From NCBI GenBank assembly GCA_963781885.1, contig CAWAHW010000002.1, forward strand, positions 1,344,001 to 1,408,000: a stretch of 64,000 nucleotides of DNA. The letters run 5' to 3'. Below, piece by piece: positions 34,013 to 43,321 of the stretch. The first letter of the stretch is position 1; each line of letters opens with the position of its first letter. The notes under the pieces were generated by a model. That model ran no database searches. It saw nothing but the letters and a program-made list of their open reading frames with translations, and was not told the DNA's origin. The translations under genes and the position numbers were made by a program. This DNA comes from an uncultured Spirochaetota bacterium. Lineage in GTDB: Bacteria; Spirochaetota; Spirochaetia; SZUA-6; Fen-1364.

Positions 34013-35129
34013 CCGCAGCCTCCCGCAGCGAAATCCTGTAGAGCTTCAAGCCTCCCTGGGCAAGCAGCACGTAAAGGGCATTCGATGTGCGCGCCGCGGC
34101 AAATCCCTCGATGGGCTTTTCCCCGGACGCGATGATGGATTTCCTGTAGCGGGCGCCGCCTGCTCCGACGAGAGAGCCGGGGGCGATCAGAGAGAGCTGC
34201 GACGCCGTCACGCCGTCACCCGAGATGCGCGTTTCGTCAAACAGCATGAGGTAGCGTGCGCCTGCATCGCCGGGAAGCAGCGCGAGGGATGACGTTCCGT
34301 CGCACAGGGTCACGGTCGTCTTTGAAAATGGCGAACCGGCCGTGCTCTGTTCCTGCAGGAGGAGCCGGCGCGTCGCCTCGTCCCAGGACAGCACGGCGAG
34401 CGCCCCGCCGGGAGCCTCAAGGGATGCCTGGAGCGGCCCAGCGCCCGGCACGACGGAGGTGGTGTCGCCTTGCGAATCGCGCCGCACGACAAAAAGCTCG
34501 CGCTGGACCCTGCCGTACGCGGTAAAGACATCCGACCCCGCAATGCTCGCCCGTGACGCGGCGTCGAAAGAAGGCAGGACATCCGTGACGGGCCCCGCGG
34601 TGGCGACCGCGAGGGACTTCATCCCGCCCGCGGCCCAGTAGGCGTGGACGGAGCCGCGATTGTCGGCGAGCAGGGCAAGCGGATTCCCCGGGGGATTGAG
34701 GACGTCGAGCTCCCACTGCGTCGAGCTGCCCGTCAAAGAAGCCATTTTCAGGATAAGGCGCGCGTCCGCCTCGCGGTCCAGGTAAAGGACGCGCAGCGCG
34801 TCGCCGTCGGCAGCGAGCGCATGAGCGCCGAATGTCGGAGGGAAAGGGGCGTTCACGTCGATCTTGTCGATGATCGAGGGGATCGGCGCAACCGGCGGAA
34901 GGTGCGCGGCGTCGGGGAATGAAAAGACGTCCAGCGTCATCGTCGATCGGTCGGGGAAGACGGCCCACAGCCTGCCCCCGCTTTGCACCATGGAAAGCGG
35001 GGCACTCGGGGCAGAGGAGCCTGCAACGGGGATGGACTCCATTGTGAGAGGCGCCATCCCGCGCAGGTCCGAGCATCCGATGAGCAGCAGGAGCGCGGGC
35101 AATCCGATCAAAGCGGCGCGTTTCATCAT
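33999..35129 (-). CDS. putative lipoprotein, beta-rich (propeller-like)
   Basis: MMKRAALIGLPALLLLIGC lipobox. Confidence 0.7.
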   Translation of the reverse strand: MMKRAALIGLPALLLLIGCSDLRGMAPLTMESIPVAGSSAPSAPLSMVQSGGRLWAVFPDRSTMTLDVFSFPDAAHLPPVAPIPSIIDKIDVNAPFPPTFGAHALAADGDALRVLYLDREADARLILKMASLTGSSTQWELDVLNPPGNPLALLADNRGSVHAYWAAGGMKSLAVATAGPVTDVLPSFDAASRASIAGSDVFTAYGRVQRELFVVRRDSQGDTTSVVPGAGPLQASLEAPGGALAVLSWDEATRRLLLQEQSTAGSPFSKTTVTLCDGTSSLALLPGDAGARYLMLFDETRISGDGVTASQLSLIAPGSLVGAGGARYRKSIIASGEKPIEGFAAARTSNALYVLLAQGGLKLYRISLREAAASSQ

Positions 35130-35244
35130 GTTTCTCCCCGCCGCGGTACACCGCGGCATGTGGCGCGCCTTTGACCGGAGGCGGAAACGCCGCGCGTCGG
35201 CCTTGGCCGCAATCGCGCAAAATGATGAGGGCACGGTGTTTGTC

Positions 35245-35274
35245 TTGACCATGTTTTTCCGGAAAACCTATACT
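35245..35274 (+). promoter_or_regulatory. sigma70-type promoter upstream of the HEPN gene
   Basis: TTGACC-N18-TATACT-N6-ATG(35281). Confidence 0.65.
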
Positions 35275-35336
35275 ACCGAAATGCACGGGGGGTGTACAGC
35301 GAAACCCGCGCTCGCTGCATTGCGTGCAGGCACGGC

Positions 35337-36059
35337 ATGAGCATTTCCGCCGAGAAGCATCTTGCGACGCTCCGTCAGCGCTACGGGGAGAAGAGGCTGC
35401 GGGAGGCGGCGGAGCGGCGCGCCCATCTTGACTACCAGAGGCTGTCCATTGGCGACAACCCCGGCAGCGGGCGGGTGAAGTTCCTCCTCGCCCAGATGCA
35501 CCAGACCTACTATTTCGGCTTCTCGGAGAGCGCCTGCATCCTGTCGGGAACCCTGCTCGAGCAGGGGTTGATCTATTCGCTCGGGGTTGCGCTTGACCGC
35601 AGGGGCCCGCTGCAGTTCGTGCGCGGCGCGGAGAAAAGATGGCTGCAGACGCGCCAGGACCTTTTGGAGCTCGAGCTGGTCGACATGCTGGAGCTTGCCC
35701 GCGCGGAGAAAATCCTGCGGGAAGGCCGCATCCTCCTGCTCGCGCACGAGATCCGCTGGATCCGCAACATGGTCGTGCACGAGCGCATCCCGCTTTTCCG
35801 GGCGCACGACGACACGCATCTTGAGCTGCGGGTGACGAAGAGCCGGCGCGGACGCGTGCGCTACGCGGTCATCCTGCTGGATCGCGCCGAGGTTGCCGAC
35901 CTGCGCGCGGGCGACCAGCATGCATCGGGAGAGCTGACCGCGTATTTCTGCGTGAGCAGGACCCGCATGGTCCTGCGTCACCTGTTCGATCATACTGAAG
36001 CGGAGGCGAAAAAGCACGATGAGAGTGGCGGTAGTCTTCTTCTCTGGACGGAATCGTGA
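35337..36059 (+). CDS. HEPN (DUF4145-like) putative RNase
   Basis: YYFGFSESACILSGTLLEQGL helix and intact RNMVVH (Rx4H) at 35763-35780. Confidence 0.65.
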   Translation: MSISAEKHLATLRQRYGEKRLREAAERRAHLDYQRLSIGDNPGSGRVKFLLAQMHQTYYFGFSESACILSGTLLEQGLIYSLGVALDRRGPLQFVRGAEKRWLQTRQDLLELELVDMLELARAEKILREGRILLLAHEIRWIRNMVVHERIPLFRAHDDTHLELRVTKSRRGRVRYAVILLDRAEVADLRAGDQHASGELTAYFCVSRTRMVLRHLFDHTEAEAKKHDESGGSLLLWTES

Positions 36060-36432
36060 CGGGCTCATGAGGCTCTCCCAGGCAGTCGCCCGGGGCATTG
36101 ACAAGCAGGGCAGCCAGGTTGACACGTACGACGGCGCGCGCGACCCCAATGTGAAGCTCACGATGTATCAGTACGTCGTCGTCGGCGCGGAACCCATCGG
36201 CACGTTCGGCGGCAAGATCCCCGAGACGGTGAAGACCTTCCTGTCAGCCGCGGGAGCCGTCGCGGGCAAGAAGAGCTACGCATTCGTCTCCCGCGCGAGA
36301 TTCGGTGCCGCGAAGTCGCTTGCGGCGCTCATGAAGGTGATGGAAGGGGAGGGGATGCTCATCAAGACTTCCGACATCCTGCGGTCTCCGACCGAAGCGG
36401 AGGAAATCGGCAAGCGGCTGCACGTGAGCTGA
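36019..36432 (+). CDS. flavodoxin-like fold protein
   Basis: MRVAVVFFSG, YQYVVVGA, GKKSYAFV, AEEIGKRL. Confidence 0.7.
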   Translation: MRVAVVFFSGRNRDGLMRLSQAVARGIDKQGSQVDTYDGARDPNVKLTMYQYVVVGAEPIGTFGGKIPETVKTFLSAAGAVAGKKSYAFVSRARFGAAKSLAALMKVMEGEGMLIKTSDILRSPTEAEEIGKRLHVS

Positions 36433-36489
36433 GACGTCCTCCGCCCGGCGTGGCCGCTCCCGGCGGAGCCGGTCAAAGACGACCCTGTG

Positions 36490-37263
36490 CTACTCCCTCC
36501 AGGGAAAGATCATGCCCTTGAGCGTGCGTTTTCCCACGCGCTCGCGGTCATCCACCAGCAGGGCGTCCCAAGGGATGCGCCGCCGGTTGGCGCCGGGGTT
36601 CTGCTCCAGCCAGTCATACTTATACAGGCGCAGCTTGAAGGCGATGTTCCACCACAGAAGGATGGACGAGATGCCGGGGAGCAGGAGAGCGGTGAATGCG
36701 GAGCCGACCAGGATGATCAGGGCGCAGAGGATCAGCCCGATGCTGAAGGCGGGATTATCGAAAAAAATCAGGAAGCTCTTGCGGAATATCTTTCGGAACT
36801 TGCGATCCAGCCGCGACTGGATGGGAAAATAGAACTGGGCCGCGAGGACGCCCGCAACGGTTACCCAGAAGAGGAGCGCGACCGCCAGAGGCCCCACGAG
36901 CGATTTCATGCCGCCGTAGAACTGGAAGGCAACGCGGACGATAAGGAGATAGCCGGTGACGAGGAGCGCGAGCAGGAGGCTCGACGGCCAGCTCTCCTTG
37001 AGAAAAGTGAAAAAATCCTGGAAACCCGGCTGTTTGTAGTCGGCGATGTCCGAGCAGAGATGGCTGACGGCACCTGTATATGCGGCAAGAACGGCGATGC
37101 CGATGGCAAGAACGGCGAAAAAGGCGACCGGCATGGAGGAAAAAAGGGGCGCAAGGAAAAAGAATATCGCAAGCACCGCGATATAGCCCAGATTCATGAT
37201 GATGATGCGGAACATGTTGTCCCACATGTCGAAAAACGCCTTTTTCACAAGAAATCCAAACAT
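36490..37263 (-). CDS. conserved multi-TM membrane protein
   Basis: 5-6 TM helices, KKAFFDMWDN, C-terminal IFPWRE. Confidence 0.8.
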   Translation of the reverse strand: MFGFLVKKAFFDMWDNMFRIIIMNLGYIAVLAIFFFLAPLFSSMPVAFFAVLAIGIAVLAAYTGAVSHLCSDIADYKQPGFQDFFTFLKESWPSSLLLALLVTGYLLIVRVAFQFYGGMKSLVGPLAVALLFWVTVAGVLAAQFYFPIQSRLDRKFRKIFRKSFLIFFDNPAFSIGLILCALIILVGSAFTALLLPGISSILLWWNIAFKLRLYKYDWLEQNPGANRRRIPWDALLVDDRERVGKRTLKGMIFPWRE

Positions 37264-37269
37264 GCGCCC

Positions 37270-37298
37270 ACAGTAACACTCTTTGCTCCGGTGGTCAA
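37270..37298 (-). promoter_or_regulatory. extended -10 sigma70 promoter, leaderless geometry
   Basis: TTGACC-N17-(TGn)TACTGT-N6-ATG(37263). Confidence 0.65.
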
Positions 37299-37336
37299 AC
37301 TCCCAGGGGTCGCGTCACCCGGTCCTGCGCCCCGCC

Positions 37337-37365
37337 TTGACAACGACGCCCGATTTTACTATCGT
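37337..37365 (+). promoter_or_regulatory. sigma70-type promoter of the DnaJ-domain gene
   Basis: TTGACA-N17-TATCGT. Confidence 0.6.
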
Positions 37366-37382
37366 ACGGACAGCATTTGCCC

Positions 37383-38192
37383 ATGGTGAATTACTACGAG
37401 ATCCTTGGTATTGCCCAGGACTCCACGGCGCAGGAGATCAAAAAATCGTTTCGCAAGCGGGCAAAGGAGATACACCCCGATGTCCGCCCCGACGACGATA
37501 GCCGATCGGAGGAGGAGATGCGGCTCCTTCTCGCGGCCTACGAGGTGCTGAGCGACATCGAGAAGCGCGGCGAGTACGACCGCTCGCTGCATTCCTTCCT
37601 CCGCGTCAGGGGTTTCGACTACCGCGAGTTCCTCCGCCGCCGCGGAGACGATCCCCTGAGTCAGTCCAAGCTCATCTTCCACGACCTGCTCGCCAATCAC
37701 CAGGACGAGGCGCTCGATCTGTATGAAAGGATCACCGCGGGCGATCGGGACGCGCTGGAACGCTACCTGTCGCGCGAAGACTACATGGACTGCGCGTTCC
37801 TCCTCGCCGAAGTGTTCGAGACGCGGCACCGCTATGCGGAGGCGTACACCCTCTATCGGCAGCTCTGCTTCCTGGAGGAGGACAAGCCGTATTTCCACCA
37901 TTTCATCGATGAGGTGATCGATCGGCTGCGCACCCTTCTCTGCTTCAAGATGCTGCCGGAGCTTGACGCCGCCGATGCCATCGCGCGGCTGAAGGAGCTC
38001 GTGCGGATGAGCTTCTCCCGCAAGGACGACGCCTTTTTCTACAAGAAGCTCGCCGAGGTCTATGCGGGCCTCGGACAGCAGGAGACGGCGTTGCAATACC
38101 TTCAAAAGGGGCTACAATTGGATCGGAAGCTTTCCGGGGTGAAGAAGCTCATGGACCGCATCGGATGCCCCGTGTGCCTTGACAATTCCTGA
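37383..38192 (+). CDS. J-domain protein with TPR-like C-terminus
   Basis: NYYEILGI, EIHPDV (HPD), AYEVLSD..KR.EYD. Confidence 0.9.
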   Translation: MVNYYEILGIAQDSTAQEIKKSFRKRAKEIHPDVRPDDDSRSEEEMRLLLAAYEVLSDIEKRGEYDRSLHSFLRVRGFDYREFLRRRGDDPLSQSKLIFHDLLANHQDEALDLYERITAGDRDALERYLSREDYMDCAFLLAEVFETRHRYAEAYTLYRQLCFLEEDKPYFHHFIDEVIDRLRTLLCFKMLPELDAADAIARLKELVRMSFSRKDDAFFYKKLAEVYAGLGQQETALQYLQKGLQLDRKLSGVKKLMDRIGCPVCLDNS

Positions 38193-38260
38193 GGCGTTCG
38201 CTTAACTGGCCAGGTCGTCGATCCTCGCCTGAAAGAGTCCACAAGGAGCGGTAGATCACC

Positions 38261-39316
38261 ATGAAGAAGTTGATATTCTGTGCGGCGATGGCATGCGCGC
38301 TCGTCGTGTCCCTCGGCGCACAGGTGCTCGACAAGCCCGCCGCGACGGTCCGGTACACCAGGACCGAATCCATCACGGTAAGCCAGCTCCAGAAGCAGGT
38401 GCAGGCCTTTGAGAAGACCGCCGGCCGCGTCCTCACGACCGACGAGCGCAAGCAGGTCCTCGATTCGATGATCGGGCAGACCCTCCTCCTCCAGGCGGCG
38501 GAGAAGGAGAACGTGGTCGTGTCCGACCCGCAGTTGAAGGCGGCGCTGCAGACCTACGAGCAGCAGCTCGGTCAGGGCTATGGTCTGGGCCGGCCGCTCA
38601 CGGATGCGGAGCTCCAGCAGTACGTGAAGAGCACCGGCCAGACCTATGACGTGTTCCTGAAGGCCCTGCGCGATCAGCAGACCGCCTACAGCTACATCCA
38701 GAAGAAGCGCCCGAATATCGCCGACAGCGTGAAGCAGCCGACCGACCAGGACATCCAGGACTACTACGACCAGAACAAGCGCCAGTTCTTCATGGACGAC
38801 ATGATCACTTTCCGCCACATCTTCGTCGATACCACGCAGCTCACCACCAAGGATGACCGGGACAAGGCGGCAAAACACGCCGACGACATCCTGAAGGAGC
38901 TGAAGGCGGGAGCTGCCTTCACCGATCTCGTCACGAAGTATTCCGACGATTCCCGATCGAAGTACAACGGGGGCCTCTATCCCAGCGTCTTCCGCAATGA
39001 CGAACAGCGGCGCCAGGCGTTCGGCGCGGCATTCTTCGATTCCCTCTTCAAGATGAAGAAGGGGGAGACCAGCGGGGTCCTGCAGTCCAACGCGGGTTTC
39101 CACATCGTGCAGATCATGGATCGTATCGATGCGCGCCTGCTCGGGCTGGACGACAAGATTCCTCCGCAGAATACCGCCACGGTGCGCGATACGGTGAAGA
39201 GCGCCATTCTCATCAACCGGCAGAACGCCGCGTGGACGCAGGCGCAGAATGACCTCGTCGCGGAGCTGAAGAAGACCGCGGAGATCAACATCTTCAACGA
39301 CAACATCTCCTGGTAG
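38261..39316 (+). CDS. periplasmic parvulin-type PPIase (SurA/PrsA-like)
   Basis: Signal peptide, RHIFV, KYSDD.SKYNGG, SNAGFHIV. Confidence 0.85.
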   Translation: MKKLIFCAAMACALVVSLGAQVLDKPAATVRYTRTESITVSQLQKQVQAFEKTAGRVLTTDERKQVLDSMIGQTLLLQAAEKENVVVSDPQLKAALQTYEQQLGQGYGLGRPLTDAELQQYVKSTGQTYDVFLKALRDQQTAYSYIQKKRPNIADSVKQPTDQDIQDYYDQNKRQFFMDDMITFRHIFVDTTQLTTKDDRDKAAKHADDILKELKAGAAFTDLVTKYSDDSRSKYNGGLYPSVFRNDEQRRQAFGAAFFDSLFKMKKGETSGVLQSNAGFHIVQIMDRIDARLLGLDDKIPPQNTATVRDTVKSAILINRQNAAWTQAQNDLVAELKKTAEINIFNDNISW

Positions 39317-39343
39317 GCGCCGGGCGGCGCTCGGCGGAGGATC

Positions 39344-39772
39344 ATGGGCGCGCGCAGGAAGGGCCGGATCATTGCATTCCAGTCTCTCTATCGCCATGAC
39401 TTGTCGGGCGCGCCCCTCGCGGAGCTTCTGGACTTCTCCTGGCTGCAGGGCGAGCGTGCGGCCGTCCCACCCGAAGAAACGCTTCTCTTCGCGCGGCTCC
39501 TCATCCAGGGCGCCCTGGAGAACCTGCCGAGGATCGACGAGGTCATCAAGGGACAGCTGGAGAACTGGGATTTCGGCCGCCTCAACAAGGTGGACCTCGC
39601 CCTCCTGCGCATGAGCGTCTATTGCCTTCTCTACCAGCCCGAGATTCCCCCCACCGTGACGATCGACGAGGCGGTGGACATCTCGAAGACGTACGGCACC
39701 GCGGATTCCTACCGTTTCGTCAACGGTGTGCTCGACGGCGTCCGCAAGAAGCTCAATCTGCCGGGCGATTGA
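39344..39772 (+). CDS. nusB: transcription antitermination factor NusB
   Basis: RRKGRIIAFQSLY, VDLALLR, IDEAVDISK, FVNGVLD. Confidence 0.95.
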   Translation: MGARRKGRIIAFQSLYRHDLSGAPLAELLDFSWLQGERAAVPPEETLLFARLLIQGALENLPRIDEVIKGQLENWDFGRLNKVDLALLRMSVYCLLYQPEIPPTVTIDEAVDISKTYGTADSYRFVNGVLDGVRKKLNLPGD

Positions 39773-41421
39773 TGACAGTCCGCTTGCCCGTCAGGGTGGG
39801 GATCGGCGTTGCAGCCCTGGCCGTGATCGCGGCCGCTCTCTTCCTCTTCATTCGCCCTTTTCGTCCGTCCCCATCAGTCCGGTTGCCGCCGTATGCGCAA
39901 ATCGATGCGGCGATCGCCGGCGGATACGTCGCCACAGCCGGCGAGCTTCTATCCGCGGTTCCCGTCCTGCCGTCGTCGGAAAACGACCTGCTGCGGCTCC
40001 TGAAGCGCGCCTACCAGGTCTGCACCGAGACGGGTGACTACACGCTGCTTGCCGACATGGCGGGACGGGCTCTTGCCCTCCAGGGGAGGAGCGCGCGCAT
40101 CCGGGCAATCGCCGGCTATGGCGCCATGAGGGCCTCGCGGCTGGCGGATGCAGAACGCGCCCTTTCGCGCGGCGCGCTGCCGCCCGGCACCGGCGACATC
40201 CTGCGGGGTGAAGCCGCCCTGCGACGCGGGCGCGCGTGGCCTGGCGCCGATGCCCTCACGCGCGACCTTGTTGCCTTGACCGGCACGGAGGACGCGGCCG
40301 CGTACGCACGCGCGGCGCTGCGTGCGGGCGACCAGAGGCTTACGCTGGACGCCGCGCTCCTGGACATGAAGCAAGGTGCGCTTATGCAAGCCCGTCTGCT
40401 CGTCCTGGGCTCACTTGGCGAATCACGCTTCGACGAGGCGTCCGGATTCATGCTCTACGATGCAGGTGACTTCGCAAATGCGCTGCGGCGGCTGTCAAAT
40501 CTCCAGGCATCGCAGCCGCAAAGCGCATCCTTTGCGCTTTGCCTTGCGGACATTTCCATGGCCGGGGGAAATGCGGCGGATGCAGAGTCGTGGCTGCTGA
40601 AGGCTCTTCCCCTCGGACCGTCGGCGAGCTGGACCGCATACGCCGACCTTGCGCTTTTTGACCTTCAACGCGGCGCGCTTCCGGCTGCCGCCCGTCGCAT
40701 CAACGACGGCCTTGCCTTTTTTCCCCGGTCCCGCGAGCTTCGGTTCCAGCAGGCGCAGATCGCAGTCGCGATGGGGCAGAAAGACCAGGCCGAATCCATC
40801 GTCCGCGCGCTCGCCGCGGAAAATCCCGCTGATGCCGATGCCGGGCTCCTCCTGCTCGCCCTTCGGGCGCCTTCCCTCTCACCGGAATCTTACCGAGGCG
40901 AGCTCTGGACGCTTTTCAACCATGCCCCCGCGAGTCGGGCGGTCTTCGGCGCCTTGTCGGCCGCGCTTTTTGCAACGCACGACTGGGAAGGGGCGGAGCT
41001 CGCCCTCCATCAGTTCGAAGCGGCGCAGGGGGAGCCTGCCGCCGACACACTGCTCGTTGCGGGCATGGTCTCGGCGCAGAAGGGCGACCCCGCGGCAGCC
41101 ATTGCAGCGCTACGAAAGAGCATGCTCCTGGCCCGCGATCCGCGCGCGCTCTATGACCTGGGGCTCGTCTACCTGTCGCAGGGCAACGCGCGCGCGGCGC
41201 GCGCCGAGCTGGACGCCGCCGCGGAAGAATATCCGCCGCCGGGAGAGGCGCCTGACGCGCGCGCGGCGATGGCCCGTATCGAGACATTCCGCGGCACGGC
41301 CCACCTGCTCGATGGCGACCTGACGGCGGCGCGCACCGCTCTCGAACACGCGCGCATGCTCGATCCGCGGAATCTTCGCGCCGCGCTGGAATTGCGGAAA
41401 CTTGAAGCGGGGAGGCAATAA
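39772..41421 (+). CDS. membrane-anchored TPR protein
   Basis: N-terminal TM; Ala/Leu-rich TPR helices (ALYDLGLVY). Confidence 0.75.
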   Translation: MTVRLPVRVGIGVAALAVIAAALFLFIRPFRPSPSVRLPPYAQIDAAIAGGYVATAGELLSAVPVLPSSENDLLRLLKRAYQVCTETGDYTLLADMAGRALALQGRSARIRAIAGYGAMRASRLADAERALSRGALPPGTGDILRGEAALRRGRAWPGADALTRDLVALTGTEDAAAYARAALRAGDQRLTLDAALLDMKQGALMQARLLVLGSLGESRFDEASGFMLYDAGDFANALRRLSNLQASQPQSASFALCLADISMAGGNAADAESWLLKALPLGPSASWTAYADLALFDLQRGALPAAARRINDGLAFFPRSRELRFQQAQIAVAMGQKDQAESIVRALAAENPADADAGLLLLALRAPSLSPESYRGELWTLFNHAPASRAVFGALSAALFATHDWEGAELALHQFEAAQGEPAADTLLVAGMVSAQKGDPAAAIAALRKSMLLARDPRALYDLGLVYLSQGNARAARAELDAAAEEYPPPGEAPDARAAMARIETFRGTAHLLDGDLTAARTALEHARMLDPRNLRAALELRKLEAGRQ

Positions 41422-41430
41422 TGCTATCAT
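41402..41430 (+). promoter_or_regulatory. extended -10 promoter of bactofilin-map
   Basis: TTGAAG-N17-(TGn)TATCAT. Confidence 0.55.
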
Positions 41431-41483
41431 TCAACCGGCCGGGAGCCGGGCGTCAGGACCCGACAGCGGGAAAAGGAGAAACA

Positions 41484-41948
41484 ATGCCGAACAAGAACGA
41501 CTCGACGAACTGCATCATCGGCGAAGGATCCATATTCGACGGGCGTTTTTACGTCAACGGCTCCATTCTCATCGAGGGCAAGTTCCAGGGCGACATCCGC
41601 ACCGACGACCAGCTTATCGTCGGCCCGACGGGAAAGGTGAAGACCGACATCCAGGCGCGCAAGGTGACCATCGCGGGCACCCTCATCGGCAACATCACGG
41701 CCACCGAGGAGGTGACGCTCCTCCACACGGGCAAGGTCCTGGGAAACATCTCCACGCCCAAGCTCAGCGTCGAGCAGGGCGTCATCACGGAGGGCAGGGT
41801 CACCATCACGTCCGGCCAGGCGGAGGACACCCGCAAGATCATCGAGGAGTCGTTCGGCACGGAAACGGAGGACGCATTCGGCTCTCTCATCAAGGAGAAG
41901 AAAAAGGAAAGGATCCGGGAGAAGGAAAAAGAAGAATCCGGCAAATAG
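41484..41948 (+). CDS. bactofilin (polymer-forming cytoskeletal protein)
   Basis: IIGEGSIFDG, IEGKFQGDI, VTIAGTLIGNI, LSVEQG; SD AAGGAG. Confidence 0.92.
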   Translation: MPNKNDSTNCIIGEGSIFDGRFYVNGSILIEGKFQGDIRTDDQLIVGPTGKVKTDIQARKVTIAGTLIGNITATEEVTLLHTGKVLGNISTPKLSVEQGVITEGRVTITSGQAEDTRKIIEESFGTETEDAFGSLIKEKKKERIREKEKEESGK

Positions 41949-41955
41949 GCGCCGC

Positions 41956-42705
41956 ATGATCCGCTTGAAGAACCAGAAGGAGATCGAAGGCATCCGGGAG
42001 TCCGGCAGGCTCCTTGCCTGGACTCTCCGCGAGATTGCCAAAATGGTCGCTGACGGCATCACCACACGCGAGCTGGATTCATTCGCCCGTTCATGGATCG
42101 AGGGGCACGGCGGAAAGCCCGCCTTCCTGGGCTACCAGAATTATCCCGCTTCAGTCTGCATATCGCTGAACAACGAGGTGATCCACGGCATTCCTGGGTC
42201 TCGGAAGCTCCGCAAGGGCGATCTGGTGAGCATCGACCTCGGCGTCATCCTCAATGGCTATTTTTCCGATTCCGCCGTCACGATGCCGGTGGGAGCAACC
42301 ACGGAGAAGCGGGAGAAGCTGATGCGCGTGACGCGCGAATGCCTGGAACTGGGCATCGCAGAAGCGGTCGTCGGCAATCGCATCAGCGATATTTCCCGCG
42401 CCGTCTATGCCCATGCGGCCGGCAACGGCTACGGAGTGGTGCGGGAGTACTGCGGCCACGGAACGGGTTTCGCCATGCATGAAGATCCCCAGGTGCCCAA
42501 CTACGTGGGAGCCGGACCCAATCCGCGGCTGAAAGAGGGGATGGTGCTCGCCATCGAGCCCATGGTGAACGCCGGAACGGGCGACATCGAACTTTTGGAC
42601 GATGAATGGACCGTCGTCACCGCGGACGGGGCGGATTCGGCACATTTCGAGCACACCGTTGCCGTGCTTCGCGATCGAATGGAAATCCTCACGCTTTTCT
42701 ATTAG
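41956..42705 (+). CDS. map: type I methionine aminopeptidase
   Basis: SLNNEVIHGIP, SIDLG, SDSA, CGHGTG..MHEDP, AIEPM, SAHFEHT. Confidence 0.97.
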   Translation: MIRLKNQKEIEGIRESGRLLAWTLREIAKMVADGITTRELDSFARSWIEGHGGKPAFLGYQNYPASVCISLNNEVIHGIPGSRKLRKGDLVSIDLGVILNGYFSDSAVTMPVGATTEKREKLMRVTRECLELGIAEAVVGNRISDISRAVYAHAAGNGYGVVREYCGHGTGFAMHEDPQVPNYVGAGPNPRLKEGMVLAIEPMVNAGTGDIELLDDEWTVVTADGADSAHFEHTVAVLRDRMEILTLFY

Positions 42706-42717
42706 AATTACCGGTAC

Positions 42718-43308
42718 ATGCGCAAGGAATTCCTCAACTATCAAACGGTGCGCAATGACGCACTGAAGCTGGCGCACCGTATACACGGGGAAGGCTTCCT
42801 GCCCGATGTCATCTACGTCTCGTTGCGCGGCGGGGCGTACATGGGGAACGTCATCAGCGAGTTCTTCAAGATGAAGCGCAAGGATCGCCGGCCCGTCTAT
42901 TACGCCGCCGTGGTGGCCCGCTCCTACCGCGATGTCGGCCTCCAGGACCGCGTCCGGGTCGACGGATGGACCTATGACCCCCGTTACCTGCGCAGCGGGG
43001 ACCGCGTGCTCCTGGTCGACGACATATTCGATTCGGGAAGGACCGTGAACCATCTCGTCGAGATCATCATGGACCAGGGCATCCCGCGGGAAGACGTCCG
43101 CGTGGCCGTCCATGACTACAAGATCCGCCAGTATCTCGCCCGGCAGCTTCCCGTGCAGCCGGACTACTGGTGCCGATTCCACGAGCTCGCGTCTCCCGAG
43201 GACGACTTCTGGATCCACTACACGAGCCATGAACTGGTCGGTCTCTCCGAAGCAGAAAAGAAGGAGCACTACTACGCAGAGGACCCCGAGCTCACCGGCC
43301 TGTTCTAG
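42718..43308 (+). CDS. type I phosphoribosyltransferase
   Basis: SLRGG and PRPP motif VLLVDDIFDSGRT. Confidence 0.88.
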   Translation: MRKEFLNYQTVRNDALKLAHRIHGEGFLPDVIYVSLRGGAYMGNVISEFFKMKRKDRRPVYYAAVVARSYRDVGLQDRVRVDGWTYDPRYLRSGDRVLLVDDIFDSGRTVNHLVEIIMDQGIPREDVRVAVHDYKIRQYLARQLPVQPDYWCRFHELASPEDDFWIHYTSHELVGLSEAEKKEHYYAEDPELTGLF

Positions 43309-43321
43309 CCTCGCGCACGCC

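Noticed and set aside
38179-38207. Promoter for the PPIase gene (TTGACA at 38179)
   Set aside because: No convincing TAnnnT at 16-18 nt spacing, so not called.
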